Below, piece after piece: positions 14,716-28,804 of a stretch of DNA of 64,000 nt; the stretch's first letter is position 1; each line of letters begins with the position of its first letter. Source of the DNA: Eledone cirrhosa (lineage: Eukaryota). Where the stretch lies: NCBI GenBank assembly GCA_964016885.1, contig OZ024751.1:33852001-33916000 (forward strand), given 5' to 3'. The position numbers and the translations under genes are program-made. Below the pieces are notes generated by a model. The model was not told the origin of the DNA, searched no databases, and saw nothing but the letters and a program-made list of their open reading frames with translations.

Positions 14716-15899
14716 TTGCTTTCACTCTGACACACACAAACAAATAATGTACATACGCATGCATGTATACACGCATACACGCTCGCACATATACATTCCA
14801 CATATACATTCATGTATATATATAGTTTCTAAGAAACCACCTTAAGGCAGACCACCACAGTTTATCTTTCTCCGGAGGTGTCGTGCTTTTCGTCCTGGAT
14901 TCAATCTCAAGGCATCAAAATATTGCAGATCAGTTACCTAGCAACATATCTAAGAACCCCAGTTAACCCAACTTATTGATAAATCTTGTGATAACAACTA
15001 AAGAACATTTGCTCCTCAGGTGGTCCTGAAGTGCACTCATGCACCACCTTAATTATGTCACCTGTACATTATTGTAAGGAAGCACCTGAACTTCTGATGC
15101 TTACAGCCGTCCTTTCTATTGGTCTTCTTTGGGTCTTCCTGGGTTTCCACCTCTCCAAGGTAACCTGCTCAGAGTGGTGGTTCACTCGCTGATGACCTGC
15201 TACCATATATAGATGCACAATATACACACACGCACGCACACGGAGTTATGGATAAAGGTGTATTATATAAAGATTTTTAGAGATAGCATCAACACCTCCA
15301 CCACCAGAACCATCACCACCACCATCACCACCATTATCACCACCATCATCACCACCATCACCACCATTATCACCACCACCATCACCACCATCACCACCAT
15401 TATCACCACCACCACCATCACCACCACCACCATCACCACCACCACCATCACCACCATCACCACCACTATCACCACCACCACACCATCACCAGCACAATCA
15501 CCACCACCATCACCACCACCATCACTACCTCCATCACCACCACCACCACCAGAATCATCTTCACTTTTTCCCGGGAGAATTGTTTCAGTAAGATCAGGCA
15601 TTTATTTAATTATTATTGTTGTTGTTACTTTCTTTAGAATTGTTTCTTCAATATCCGACAGGGATATCATTGCTCTTCGTTGATTAGAAGCTATTGAGGA
15701 TAACAATAATAATAATGTTGATGATGAGGAGGAGGTGGTAGAGGTGGATGATGATGATGGCGATGATGATGATACGACAAACAATAATAATGATAGTAGA
15801 ACTAGTATCAAATTCCAACAAAAACAACGATAATGATAACAATATCACTTAAAATAACATCAATACAGATAGTAATAATAATAATATTATTAGTGGTAT

Positions 15900-15957
<58 letters not shown>

Positions 15958-16043
15958 GGTGGTGGTGGTGGTGGTAGTAATAATAGTAGTAGTAGTAGTA
16001 ACAGTAGTAATGGTATTAATAATAATATTAGTGGTAATAATAA

Positions 16044-16114
<71 letters not shown>

Positions 16115-16550
16115 ATATCAAATACCAATAACAACAATATTGATATTAATAAAATTAGAAAAAGAAAGGCAATAATAAAAATATTAACAACAACAACAAT
16201 AATAATAATCGCGTGAATGAAAAGTCGTAATAAATTTAACTAGATATAATGAGTTCTAATTAGGTAGAAGTTAATGTAATTACCGTGCAATTAGCTATAA
16301 TTACGCGTAATTCATCTGATTATGGGTGAGCTTGGTCTAACTTTATATACAGTTATAATGAAAGATAATAACCGTGTGTGTAGAGGAAGATGATGATGAT
16401 GATGGGTTAGTATCTGGGGGTGGGGTAAGAAGTAGGAAGTGAGGGATGGGATGATGCTGGAGATGAGGGGGAGTTTATCTATATCAGGGAAGAGATGAAT
16501 ATATTTTTGTACGTAAAAAGAAGGGAAAACTGCCAAAAAGTGAATGTAGT

Positions 16551-16758
16551 AAACTTTAAATCAATGCTTGACAAAAATAGAAACCTCTAATATGAAAAAA
16601 GATGTACACACACACACATTATATATATATATATACAGTCCAGAATTAGCCGTCGAAACGTCTTGAGCTCAGCCGTCGGGGTCCTACTCGTTCCTATATA
16701 TATATATATATATATATATATAATGTGTGTGTGTGTACATAAAAAGATGTACACACAC

Positions 16759-16804
<46 letters not shown>

Positions 16805-16870
16805 GTGTGTGTGTACATCTTTTTTCATATTAGAGGTTTCTATTCTTGTCAAGCATTGATTTTAAAGTTT
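16551..16870. repeat. Nested TA-centred foldback duplication (70-bp arms) enclosing a half MITE
   Basis: 16551-16620 is inverted at 16801-16870; shorter inverted and direct copies at 16721-16761. Confidence 0.9.
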
Positions 16871-16873
16871 GTG

Positions 16874-16915
<42 letters not shown>

Positions 16916-16917
16916 CA

Positions 16918-17474
16918 CTATCTGAGGTCACCAGATTCGCCCGGGTAAACATGATAAGAGATGACATGTAGAAGAGAAAACGACTGTATGGGATGCGTTG
17001 TCTGGTTTACAGTTTGAGGCGAACCCGAGGTGTGTCTGTGTGTGTGTGTGAGAGAGAGACAAAAAACAACAATAAACAATCTCCCAGTAACACCAGATTC
17101 TTCGTTTTATTATTCGTGCATAGTATATGAAGATTTCTAGGTGTTCCAACTCGTGAACAACCTACATATAACTATCCATGGATAAAAAGAGATTATCTTG
17201 TATTCAATCCTAGGACTTTGAAACTGAGCCTGAAGTTTATTTATGGTCATAGCAAAACTGACTGTAACACGAAACTGAAGTCTTGAGAATTTGAATGGCA
17301 GCTCGGAAGAGAAAGAGATAAGGGGAATCTTGAGAATAAATGCATTTTCTCCTTAATGATTGCCTCCAGGAATACTGACTTCTATGAGATGGTTCATCTT
17401 CCACTTGTAAAACGTGTGCCATAGTATAGACGTGGCTGCTCCAAGTTTCTCAAAAGGATGATGGGAGTTCCAAT
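16918..17474 (-). mobile_element. Helitron 3' end (PIF1-type helicase C-terminus, subterminal hairpin, degenerate CTAG end)
   Basis: GTPIILLRNLEQPRLYYGTR, ELPFKFSRLQFRVTVSFAMTINK, HG*LYVGCSRVGTPRNL. Terminus ACCCGGGCGAATCTGGT..CAGATAG|T at 16946-16917. Confidence 0.85.
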
Positions 17475-17520
17475 GTTTTATATTATATATAGATATAGAT
17501 AATTATATATATAGATAATC

Positions 17521-17553
<33 letters not shown>

Positions 17554-18384
17554 AATACGTACGTGTGTGTGTGTGTGTGTGAATACATATATATATACGA
17601 ACTTATGATAACACATACATGCACACAGATGATTTTAATTAGCAGAATCCGCTAACATCCAACCACTTTTTGGCTAATAAATACTTAACCAACATTTTTT
17701 TCTCAGTGTAAAATGACTTTTTTTAAAGGTTCATATTCCCATCTTCTTCTCTGTCTATAAGCTCAATTACAGCACATAATTATCTCTACACCACCACCAT
17801 CATACCACCATCGCTACCACCAGCACCACCGTCACAGCCTTTATATCATAAACACACTCACACATACAAACAAGACACTATATCTATTCAAGCAATGAGT
17901 ATAGAATTTCAAGGATATATTTGTGTTGAAATTCTGGTAACATTGCCAAATATATATATATACATACATACATACATACATACATACATACATACATACA
18001 TACATACATACATAGATCAGATTCTTTGCTAATTTTAGTCCCAAAACTATTTCTGCTGTGGTTCCTTTATTGCGAAAACTGATAAGAAAGTTGTGTAAAT
18101 TAGATTAAGTCTGTATTAAAATGTTAATGAGTGTGGGATGTGTCGGCATAACGGGTGTATGTATATGTGCCTGTCTGTGGTGCATTGGTGGGGGATATGT
18201 CGGGATAATGGATTTATATATATATATATGTCTGTATGTATGTATGTGTGTGTGTGTCTGGTTTCTAGGCAAAATTAATAATATATATATATGAAGAATA
18301 TAAAATATATAAGTAAAATATTATAAAATAAGAAGGTAACGAAAGAAAAAATTTTAGCTGATGAACTGAAATAATGGAAATTTG

Positions 18385-19050
18385 AATATATATGTGTGTG
18401 TATATATATATGATGCTACTAGTGTGAGTATATATATATGTATATATGTGTGTGTATATATATATATGATGCTACTAGTGTGAGTATATATATATGTATA
18501 TATGTGTGTGTATATATAGATGATGTTACTAGTGTGAGTATATATATGTATATATGTGTGTGTATATATAGATGATGCTACTAGTGTGAGTATATATATA
18601 TGTATGTGTGTGTATATATAGATGATGCTACTAGTGTGAGTATATATATATGTATATATGTGTGTGTATATATAGATGGTGCTACTAATGTGAGTATATA
18701 TATGTGTGTGTATATATATATAGATGATGCTACTAGTGTGAGTATATATATGTATATATGTGTGTATATATATATATGATGCTACTAGTGTGAGTATATA
18801 TATATGTATATGTGTGTGTATATATAGATGGTGCTACTAATGTGAGTATATATATGTGTGTGTGTGTATATATAGATGATGCTACTAATGTGAGTATATA
18901 TATGTATGTGTGTGTGTGTATATAGATGGTGCCACTAGTGTGAGTATATATTTGTATGTGTGTGTATATATAGATGATGTTACTAATGTGAGTATATATG
19001 TGTGTGTGTGTGTGTGTGTGTATATAGATGCTACTAGTGTGAGTATGTAT
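18385..19050. repeat. Compound minisatellite, ~13 units of 48-57 bp
   Basis: Constant core GATGATGCTACTAGTGTGAG separated by length-variable TA/TG spacers. Confidence 0.9.
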
Positions 19051-19208
19051 ATCTGTGTGTGTATTAAATCTTGTTACTTATGTGAAAATATATATGTAGT
19101 TAGGTATATGAATATACATGTGTGTGTATGTGGTTACTAATGTGAATATATACATACATGTGTATGTCTGTATGTAATTGACTGTCTGTGGGAATGTATG
19201 TCGTCATG

Positions 19209-19286
<78 letters not shown>

Positions 19287-19418
19287 GGGGCGGGGGTGTA
19301 TGGGCTTGAATATACATGTGTGTATGTTTAAGTAAGTGGATGTGAAACAGACTAAAAATGAGACAACGAGAGACAAAAAAAGGAGAGCTTGGATGAAATT
19401 AAAGATATGTGCGTTGGA

Positions 19419-19466
<48 letters not shown>

Positions 19467-19470
19467 ATAC

Positions 19471-19519
<49 letters not shown>

Positions 19520-19527
19520 AATATATA

Positions 19528-19633
<106 letters not shown>

Positions 19634-20294
19634 GGGGGGAGGGGTTAATCAGAGGTTTTATGTGTATGTTTGAGTGAAATAAAAATAGATATTGAACGAC
19701 AAAGATAGAAAGTGAGAGAGAAAGAGAAGAGAGGGCGAGAGAGAGCGACAGGAGAGAGGGTGGTGGTGACAGTGGGAGGGGGTGGGGAATTTGATATTAT
19801 TGTTTTAATTCTTTATCTAATTACTTTTTTCTTATTTCACTCCCTTGGTCTTCTATTACTTCTATTATATCTAAGAAAGATTACACCTATGTATACACAC
19901 ATATACACACACATATATATACACACATATATACATACACATATATATGCACTACATAATTACCTACACATATATATTCATACATATATACATTATTATA
20001 TTCATACATGCATACATATTAACACAAAAATACTTACACTCATACATACTCATGAATACATACAAGCTCATATATATGTATGTATGTGTATCCATACACA
20101 CATACATATGAACACATATACGCACATATATATGTATAGAAGGGGAGAGTTTCATGCTGATAAGTAGACAGGTAGTTAATTAAAGAAGAAGAGCGGAGTT
20201 GTAAGAAATAGAAAAGTTTCAAAATAACAGAAAGAATGAAATACAGAGAACGAATAAACCTACAAATACATTCCCCCTCATTCCCCCACATTTT

Positions 20295-20867
20295 ACCTCA
20301 GAAAGCCTTCCTGGAGTAAGCTCTGTTCCTGTTTGTTGTTGATCCGGTTGCAACAATATTGTTACTTATCTGGTAGAAAGGTTGCTCAGCTTTATCACTT
20401 AAAGTTGTGTGAACTGAGCCAAGGGAGATATCAAGGATGTGAGCATTTTTTCTATTGATAATCGTCGGTCTCGATTAATTAAATCTCGAGCAGCATCGAT
20501 TTTATTTTCACAAACTGGGGTTGATTGCCTGAAGATCCGTTCATCATCTTCAGTTCGGTCTAATCCTTCTTTCAAACGAGTTATCCATTTATAAATTTCT
20601 GATTTTTTAAGGGAAGTATCTCCATAAACATTTCTCAAATCTTCAATAATGTCCTTTTTCTCCCAATCAAGTTTTACCATAAATTTATTGTTGGTTCTTG
20701 CTTCAGTTACTATAAGTGGTTGTTTTCCAAATGGCATAAATTTCAATTTATTGCTCCAGATTACTTCCGGTTCATTCAGGTAACACGTTTAACTTGCTGT
20801 AATCAAGTAGCAAAATATTTGCACAGTGTTCATATAAAAGACATTTCCATGATTTTTTTGAATGCCC

Positions 20868-20871
<4 letters not shown>
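20295..20871 (-). mobile_element. Mariner (irritans subfamily, Hsmar2-like) 5' half with left TIR
   Basis: EARTNNKFMVKLDWEKKDIIEDLRNVYGD..KKSEIYKWITRLKEG..DRRLS, then frameshifted DISLGSVHTTL..LSTR. The minus-strand end TGAGGGGCATTCAAAAAAATCATGGAAATG (20842-20871) next to TA resembles the Hsmar2 TIR as I recall it. Confidence 0.85.
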
Positions 20872-20959
<88 letters not shown>

Positions 20960-21117
20960 GTGGTAGTAGATTGACCTCCCTGCCTCTGCCTTCTATCTTT
21001 GCACGCGGCAATGGACAGAATTGCTTCCACATCATTCATTCTCATCTCGGGAACAATTTTGAATAGCGCCAGTTCGTAATTCGAACTCGGGAATTTTATA
21101 TTCTCCGAGTGAAAACA

Positions 21118-21203
21118 ACCTTCTGAGGAGAGTTTATCTTTTCAATGGAGGCCCGCAGGGACTATCCATTTATTTTTGAGACTCGAAACCGTTCGGTAAA
21201 GGT
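21118..21203 (+). ncRNA. Type I hammerhead ribozyme motif (canonical core)
   Basis: Stem I ACCTT/AAGGT; CTGAGGA 21123-21129; stem II GAGTTT/AGACTC extended by AATGGA/TCCATT; GAAA 21185-21188; stem III CC(GTTC)GG; GTA cleavage triplet ending 21198. Confidence 0.85.
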
Positions 21204-21234
21204 AACCATAGTAAGTACAGTTTTTTTTTTTTTT

Positions 21235-21330
21235 TATTTATTTTAAAACTTTTTCTTATTTGCTAAACCTTGATTATATATATATATATAATCAAGGTTT
21301 AGCAAATAAGAAAAAGTTTTAAAATAAATA
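21235..21330. repeat. Perfect TA-centred palindrome (~40-bp unique arms)
   Basis: TATTTATTTTAAAAC..CCTTGAT(TA)nATCAAGG..GTTTTAAAATAAATA. Confidence 0.95.
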
Positions 21331-21379
21331 TCTGTAAGGTGAAACACATGTCCTCGAAAATGATTTGCTAAATGTTGTG

Positions 21380-21465
<86 letters not shown>

Positions 21466-21517
21466 TCTCTCTCTCTCCATCTATCTATCTATCTCTCTCT
21501 CTCTTACTCTCTCTCTA

Positions 21518-21587
<70 letters not shown>

Positions 21588-21773
21588 ATATATTAATAAA
21601 TTGAAACTATATTTATAAAACCATATTTATTTTATTATACATATTTTATACATATTTTAAGGGCAACCAAGGCAAATTATGGTGCGCTTTCATGAGATAA
21701 AATTCAAATTTGTTTTATAAATAAATATTGACATACCCGGAAAAAAAGACAACCTTAACGGTTGGAGCTTCCT

Positions 21774-21841
<68 letters not shown>

Positions 21842-22026
21842 AGGATGAAGAAAAAAAGACAAAGAGGAAAGGTAAGACGAAGAAATAAGATGAAAAAATG
21901 AAAAAGAGATAAAAGTGAAAGAAGGAAAGGATTAGAAAGATACTGGAATGGTTCATTAACAGATTATCAGAATGATTTCAATAGTAGAGATAAAGAGGGG
22001 TGCCTTTGTGTAAGACTGATATTACC

Positions 22027-22217
22027 ACAGTTACACACACAGTTACACACTGACACACACACACACACATGTACACACACACAGTTATACACTGACACAC
22101 ACACACACAGTTACACACTGACACACACACACAGTTACACACTGACACACACACAGTTACACACTGACACACACACAGTTACACACACACAGTTACACAC
22201 TGACACACACAGTTACA
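22027..22217. repeat. CAGTTACACACTGA(CA)n compound repeat
   Basis: About 8 variable-length units. Confidence 0.85.
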
Positions 22218-22295
22218 TAAAGAAACTTGTTAACTAAGCATTAATATTATTGAATATAATTAGTAGTAGTAGTTCTAATAGTAATGGTGGTGGTG

Positions 22296-22363
<68 letters not shown>

Positions 22364-22568
22364 TGTAGTAGTAGTAGTGGTAGTGGTAGTAGTGGTAGTA
22401 GTGGTAGTAGCAGTGGCGGTGGTAGTAGTAGTGTCCTCATATGTTCGCATCACTATATTCTTGCGTTTCTTGATAATGTATATTGATCTAACACCTGTTA
22501 ACATGTGTATCAATATACTAATGTGTCTGTGTGTGTATATATATACATATATACATATATATATATAC

Positions 22569-22685
<117 letters not shown>

Positions 22686-22712
22686 CGAATACATATACAC
22701 GCATATAGATAG

Positions 22713-22783
<71 letters not shown>

Positions 22784-23272
22784 TATATGCGGATATAATT
22801 TTATGCATGTGTATATTATATATATGTGTGTGTTTGCGTATGTGTGTGTCTCTATATATATATATGTATATATATATATAGAGATGTGTGGTGCTGGAAT
22901 ATTTGTTAGCTTAAGTTTCCCCCCCCCCTCTCCCCAATCAATACATATGATCCCCTTCCACTCAGCTCCAATACAGATTTACAACTTATACAAATCAATA
23001 TATACATATGTTCCCTATTTTTTCTCTTTTCTGCCATTCCTTTAACTAATTACATATATATACGTGTACCGCTTGTGTGTCTCTGTGTACGGCTTGTGTG
23101 TGTCTGTGTACGGCTTGTGTGTGTCTGTGTGTCTATGTACGCCTTGTGTCTCTGTGTGTATGTCTTGTGTGTGTCTGTATGTAAGATGCGTTTTACCTGA
23201 CTGGTTGGGTTCGATTGTCTGTACATATACATAACTACATGGGATTTTATACATATATACATACACACACAC

Positions 23273-23318
<46 letters not shown>

Positions 23319-23928
23319 GTAAGTACATAAATATATATATGTATGTGAGAGGGTGTATTTGTCTATACAGCAGAATCAGTTCCAAACAATCACTATGCTG
23401 GTTCCTTATATAATTCCAGAGATATTCCAATATCTTCTACAATATTTCAGCCATTCCAATCCTTCTTCCATCTATCTTTCTTCTTTCAACTCTTTCATTC
23501 TTATTTCATCTCCTTACATTTTATTCTTTTCTAATTCTCCATATCACAGTAAACCTTTTACAAAACACACATATAAGCATATATTTATACACACACATGC
23601 ACATACAAACACACAAACACACACACCTATATATATTATTAATATAGGAAGGGTAACAGGACGGTCAAGCTTTATTTAGTAGCCAGATGGCAAATTCACC
23701 ATCGAAGAAATCTAGTTCCCTCTCCTATAATATCTACACTCTACTCTTTTAAAGTATTTAGTTGAATAAAGACCTTTCCTACTTTAACGTGTTGTATCGA
23801 GTTTTGTGGTTTTGTTGTGTTGTTGGCATAAGCATCAGAATTGGTCTTCTTCGGAATTCTCCAGGAAGATTTGATCATGCCGTATATGACGGCATGGAGA
23901 AAATACATCATTATTTTCATTTAACTCT

Positions 23929-24114
23929 CGGGCAGGGGATTGGCAGTATCAGTAGAAGGTCGGACGCCATTCTTTCCAGCATAGTTACGTCCCTTTGCGG
24001 TCTGAGTTCAAATCCCGCCAAGGTTAACTTTGCCTTTCATCTTTACGGGGTAGATAAAATAAAGTACCAGTAATGCACTGGGTATTTGCTGGCCTTGTGC
24101 CAAAAGTAGAAACA
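23929..24114 (+). mobile_element. SINE, same family (short-tail variant)
   Basis: Full head and core; TSD ATTATTTTCATTTAAC 23910-23925 / 24115-24130. Confidence 0.85.
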
Positions 24115-24372
24115 ATTATTTTCATTTAACCTTGATGTAAGCTGCAGGATGAGGTGGAACCCAACACCACGATCAACACCACCCTTATGTCACCTTTAAT
24201 TTTCATGATTACCATCTCTACTAATTTAGCACCTTACTCTTATATATATATATATATATAAACGTTTGAATTTGTAAAGCCAAAACAATGCAGGTATGGA
24301 CATAGAATAAAAAATGCAAATGCAAAAGATATTGTTGACAATTAGTCTTTTACCTTAGATTTATTTAAATGT

Positions 24373-24407
24373 CCTTAATTTTCGAGATAATATCTCTTCT
24401 TCGGAGG
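24373..24407 (-). ncRNA. Degenerate hammerhead motif
   Basis: CCT CCGAAGA A GAGAT(ATT)ATCTC GAAA ATTA AGG, followed by AATAAA; core U4 changed to C. Confidence 0.45.
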
Positions 24408-25053
24408 GAAGTAAAGCGATTAAACCAGTGTTCTAAATAGCCAGCCTAGTCATGCTGTCAGCATGACTTTACAAATTCAAACGTTTATACCTCATTACAC
24501 AATGCTTCAAGTGAACTATAACTTCCTCCTATATATATATACATTGGTTTCAAGCATAATCAATTGTTATCTCTTTTCAACTGTATGTCGTGTAACTGCC
24601 AACTTGAGAAAGCAAAATCAAAACTCTACAATACACACCTCACAATACACACTTCAGAACACAATATGTACTACATAGTACACACTTCACATTACCAACT
24701 ACACAGTGCAAACCTCACATTAGCCACGACACAGTACACACTTCCCACGCCATATTACAACAGGCAACTCGACACTGCACACAGCACACTACATTCTATT
24801 AAAGTCTTTTGTCTAATAACATCACAATGTAACAACTACAAATTAACTATATACATTATTTAGCATACACACATTACCAAATAAGATTGCAGAAATTATC
24901 ACCAAACAACTTTCACCATAAATAATACAGAAATCTACAAACACAGAAAATATAAACAGGAAAAGAACACCGATTGAATACTAACAGCTAGTAGTAGCTA
25001 CAGAAATATGGCCGACATAATTCTCCTTCATTCTATTGTGCATTACAGTATAT

Positions 25054-25160
<107 letters not shown>

Positions 25161-25259
25161 TTATGTGTATATATATTTATGTGTATGTTTATGTGTATAT
25201 ATTTATAACTATGAACACACACATATATATATATATGTATGTATATATGTATATATATT

Positions 25260-25290
<31 letters not shown>

Positions 25291-25291
25291 T

Positions 25292-25389
<98 letters not shown>

Positions 25390-26029
25390 ATCCTTTTTTA
25401 CACTTCATCATTTTCTCTCTTATGTAATTTCGTCAGTTGCTTTAAGAGTTGAAATCAGTTTAAATATATTTAGCTATAGTGACAAGGAACTTAATCCAAT
25501 TGGACGCAATTTAGCTACATTTGCTAAGTATAAAAGATTTTTACTTTAACAATTCAATCTGTGCTATTGATTTTTGTTGATGTAGCTGTTGGTGGTAGTT
25601 GTGTTGGTGTTGTTGGTATTCATGTTATTGTTGTTGTGTTGCTTTTCTTCATGTTATTGTTGTTGTTTGTGGTGTATTTTTTGGAGGGGAATTTAAGTTT
25701 TGGCTCCTACTTCTACGTTTAGTTCTTAGAACAAACAAGCCGAAGGTGTGAAACTTAATGTTAAGGAATGTAAGATAAATCTAATATCTAATTATTGTAA
25801 GTTAAGCAATGGTAATTGGGTGGTTTATATTTATAAATGTTTTTATAGATGAATGCGTGAATGGCGATCGCTCTCGCTCCTTCACCCTCCCTATCGACAC
25901 CCTCTCTCTATATATATGAATATATATATATATATATAAAACTATACTGTATACAGAGACACACAGACACGCACGTATACATATATATATACACATTTAT
26001 ATATAAGTGTGTATATTATATATGTATGC

Positions 26030-26089
<60 letters not shown>

Positions 26090-26169
26090 TTTGCTGGAAA
26101 TGGAAGGCCATATTACAATACATTATTTTAATGTTCACAAATACATAATACACTCTTGCATGGCCGGGA

Positions 26170-26526
26170 TTACGTAAGGAATAAAGAAAGAATTGATACG
26201 AAAGTGGCAGAGTTTCTGGTAAATTCTTTCTGCCAGTATTCTTCTTAATCGTCTGCACGCTGCATCTAACGTTCTGCTGGAATCTCAGTGTGGTTTCCGT
26301 TGATATTGGGACACTGCAGATCCGATTATCCCACTTCTTCTGCCTGATACAGAAGTGTGAGGAGCAACAGCTTGATCTGTGAAATTGCTTTATTGATGTA
26401 GCGAAGGCCTTTGACAGAGTCAATAGGCACGCCCTTTGACAGAGTCAATAGGTAAGCCCTTTAGAGTTAAAGCTTGGTTGCCCTCTAAAGTTTTCGGGTC
26501 TTATACGTTCATTGCATCATGATGGT
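26170..26526 (+). pseudogene. RTE-clade LINE RT relic
   Basis: SILLNRL..LESQCGFR..QKCEEQQLDL*NCFIDVAKAFDRVNRHAL..LGCPLKFSGLIRSLHHDG, with an internal ~25-bp duplication at 26407-26451. Confidence 0.8.
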
Positions 26527-27442
26527 TTCTTTCTTAATATCTAGGCTTTCTTGTTTGAAGAACTGACCAAAGGATGACCAAGTTCTCGATAAATAGGCTA
26601 TTGGATCAACCTAAATACCAAAATATTGCATACTACTCCCAGAGAGGGAGAGAGAGAGAGATGTAAACCATGAGAGAGTAAGATGTAAACCATGAGAGAG
26701 ATGTAAACCAAGAGAAATAAAGTGATAAAAGTGATGAAAACTAAGAAAGAGAGATTAAAACCGAGAGATAGAAAGAGACAAATGGAAACCAAGAGAGAGA
26801 GAGAGCGCGAGAGAGAGAGATTAATAATAAATAAACTTGAAAGTGGAAATGATGAAGAGTAAACCAACATAAAAATGTCAACAAAAAATATTTCGAAAGT
26901 TTTTCTTCCTGCCTCAACACCCCCAAAACCTAATAACTATTAATTGTTATTAATTAAGCAGAATTAAGCTATATTTCATATTTTTTTCGACTGTTTTATT
27001 TTTCTATCTCATCTGAGAGTCACTCCTAATCTCCCCACTCTCAGAAGCTAATTAAGCAATTACTCCGGTACGTTAATCAATTAAAGAAATGAAATTTGGT
27101 TTTCATTTAGGAATTTTATATTTGTTTTCGTTCTCATGGATTTGGGGCCTTTTTGTTATGGGTGTGTTTCTGTGTGTGTGTGTAGGTGTCTTCATATGTG
27201 TTTATACATACATATGGGCATGTGTGTGAGTGTATGCGTGTGTATATGAGAGTGCGTGTCAGTATATCCGTGTGTATGTGTGTGTGTATGTCAGTATATC
27301 CGTGTATGTGTGTGTGTGTGTGTAAATATGGAGGGAAAACAAACCAGAAGAAAAAAGGAGAGAAAGATTAAAAATGAAAAAGACGAATAAGGACAGCAAC
27401 AACAACAACATTAGTGATAATTAAAAGTTAGATACCCTTATA

Positions 27443-27518
<76 letters not shown>

Positions 27519-27870
27519 GTCCAACATTGTTATTATATTGCGATGATCATCTCCCTAAACATCTCCCTAATCATCTCCCTAAACTCTCCCTAAACATCTC
27601 CCCAAACATCGTCATTTATTATTATTACTTATTGTATGAATAGAAAACATTATTGGAAAAATCGGTAGAGCGTTTCTCCGTTCAAATCCCTCCAGAACGA
27701 GACCAAATAAGTACCAGTAATATACTTGGCTTATCTAAGCAAATATGATTATGACGACGATGAGACGATGAAGTCAAATTACACACACAAACACACATGT
27801 ATGTATATATATATTACACACACACACGTATATATATATATATATATATATATTACACACACACACACAC

Positions 27871-27958
<88 letters not shown>

Positions 27959-28323
27959 CACACACACACACACGTATATATATATATATATATATATATT
28001 ACACATACATACACATACACAGACACACATATATATACAATCTCTGACGAAGCGGTAAGACAGTGATAGAACACAAGAATATAACAAATCTATTTTGTCT
28101 TCCATTTGCTGTTACTGAGTTCAAAATATTTTGTTAGAATAAGAGTGAACCCGGAAGAACTCAATATGTATTTTAAGGTCCACCACCATCATTACCATCA
28201 TTACCACCACCATCATTACCATCACCATCATCATATCGACATCATCACCATTATCATCACCATCATCATCATCACCATCATTACCATCATCATCACCATC
28301 ACCATCATCACCATCACTGTCAC

Positions 28324-28354
<31 letters not shown>

Positions 28355-28773
28355 ACCATCGTAACATTATCAACAATATCATGATTCTCCCCTATCCTCC
28401 TACTCCTCCTCCTCAACATCGTCATCACCTCCATCATAATTATCAGCATCATCATCATCATCATCATCATCTTCCCAACAAGAAACAGTAGTTAAATACG
28501 ACAAAGAGTTCTCAAAGACATTTCTAAAACCATTTAGAACAGCTATCGGAGGTATTTTTTTAAACAGCCACGTAATCAGTTTATTTAATTAATGACGTAA
28601 TTATCTGTCATTGAACTCGTATCAACTTGTATCAATTAGAATTAAAATGCTTGATAAATTTTCTTGCATGCCGAACTAAGTTTAATTACACCACTAAGTG
28701 CTGACTTTATACATACATAAACACATACATATACACACATACATACTCACACATATACACACACATACTCATA

Positions 28774-28804
<31 letters not shown>

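Noticed and set aside
14933-14945. Perfect RFX X-box GTTACCTAGCAAC
   Set aside because: A single motif in probable repeat debris with no promoter or gene context.
18385-19050. CRISPR-like repeat-spacer look (also 11804-12077 and 49220-51682)
   Set aside because: Spacers are microsatellite or absent, there are no cas genes, and the context is eukaryotic.
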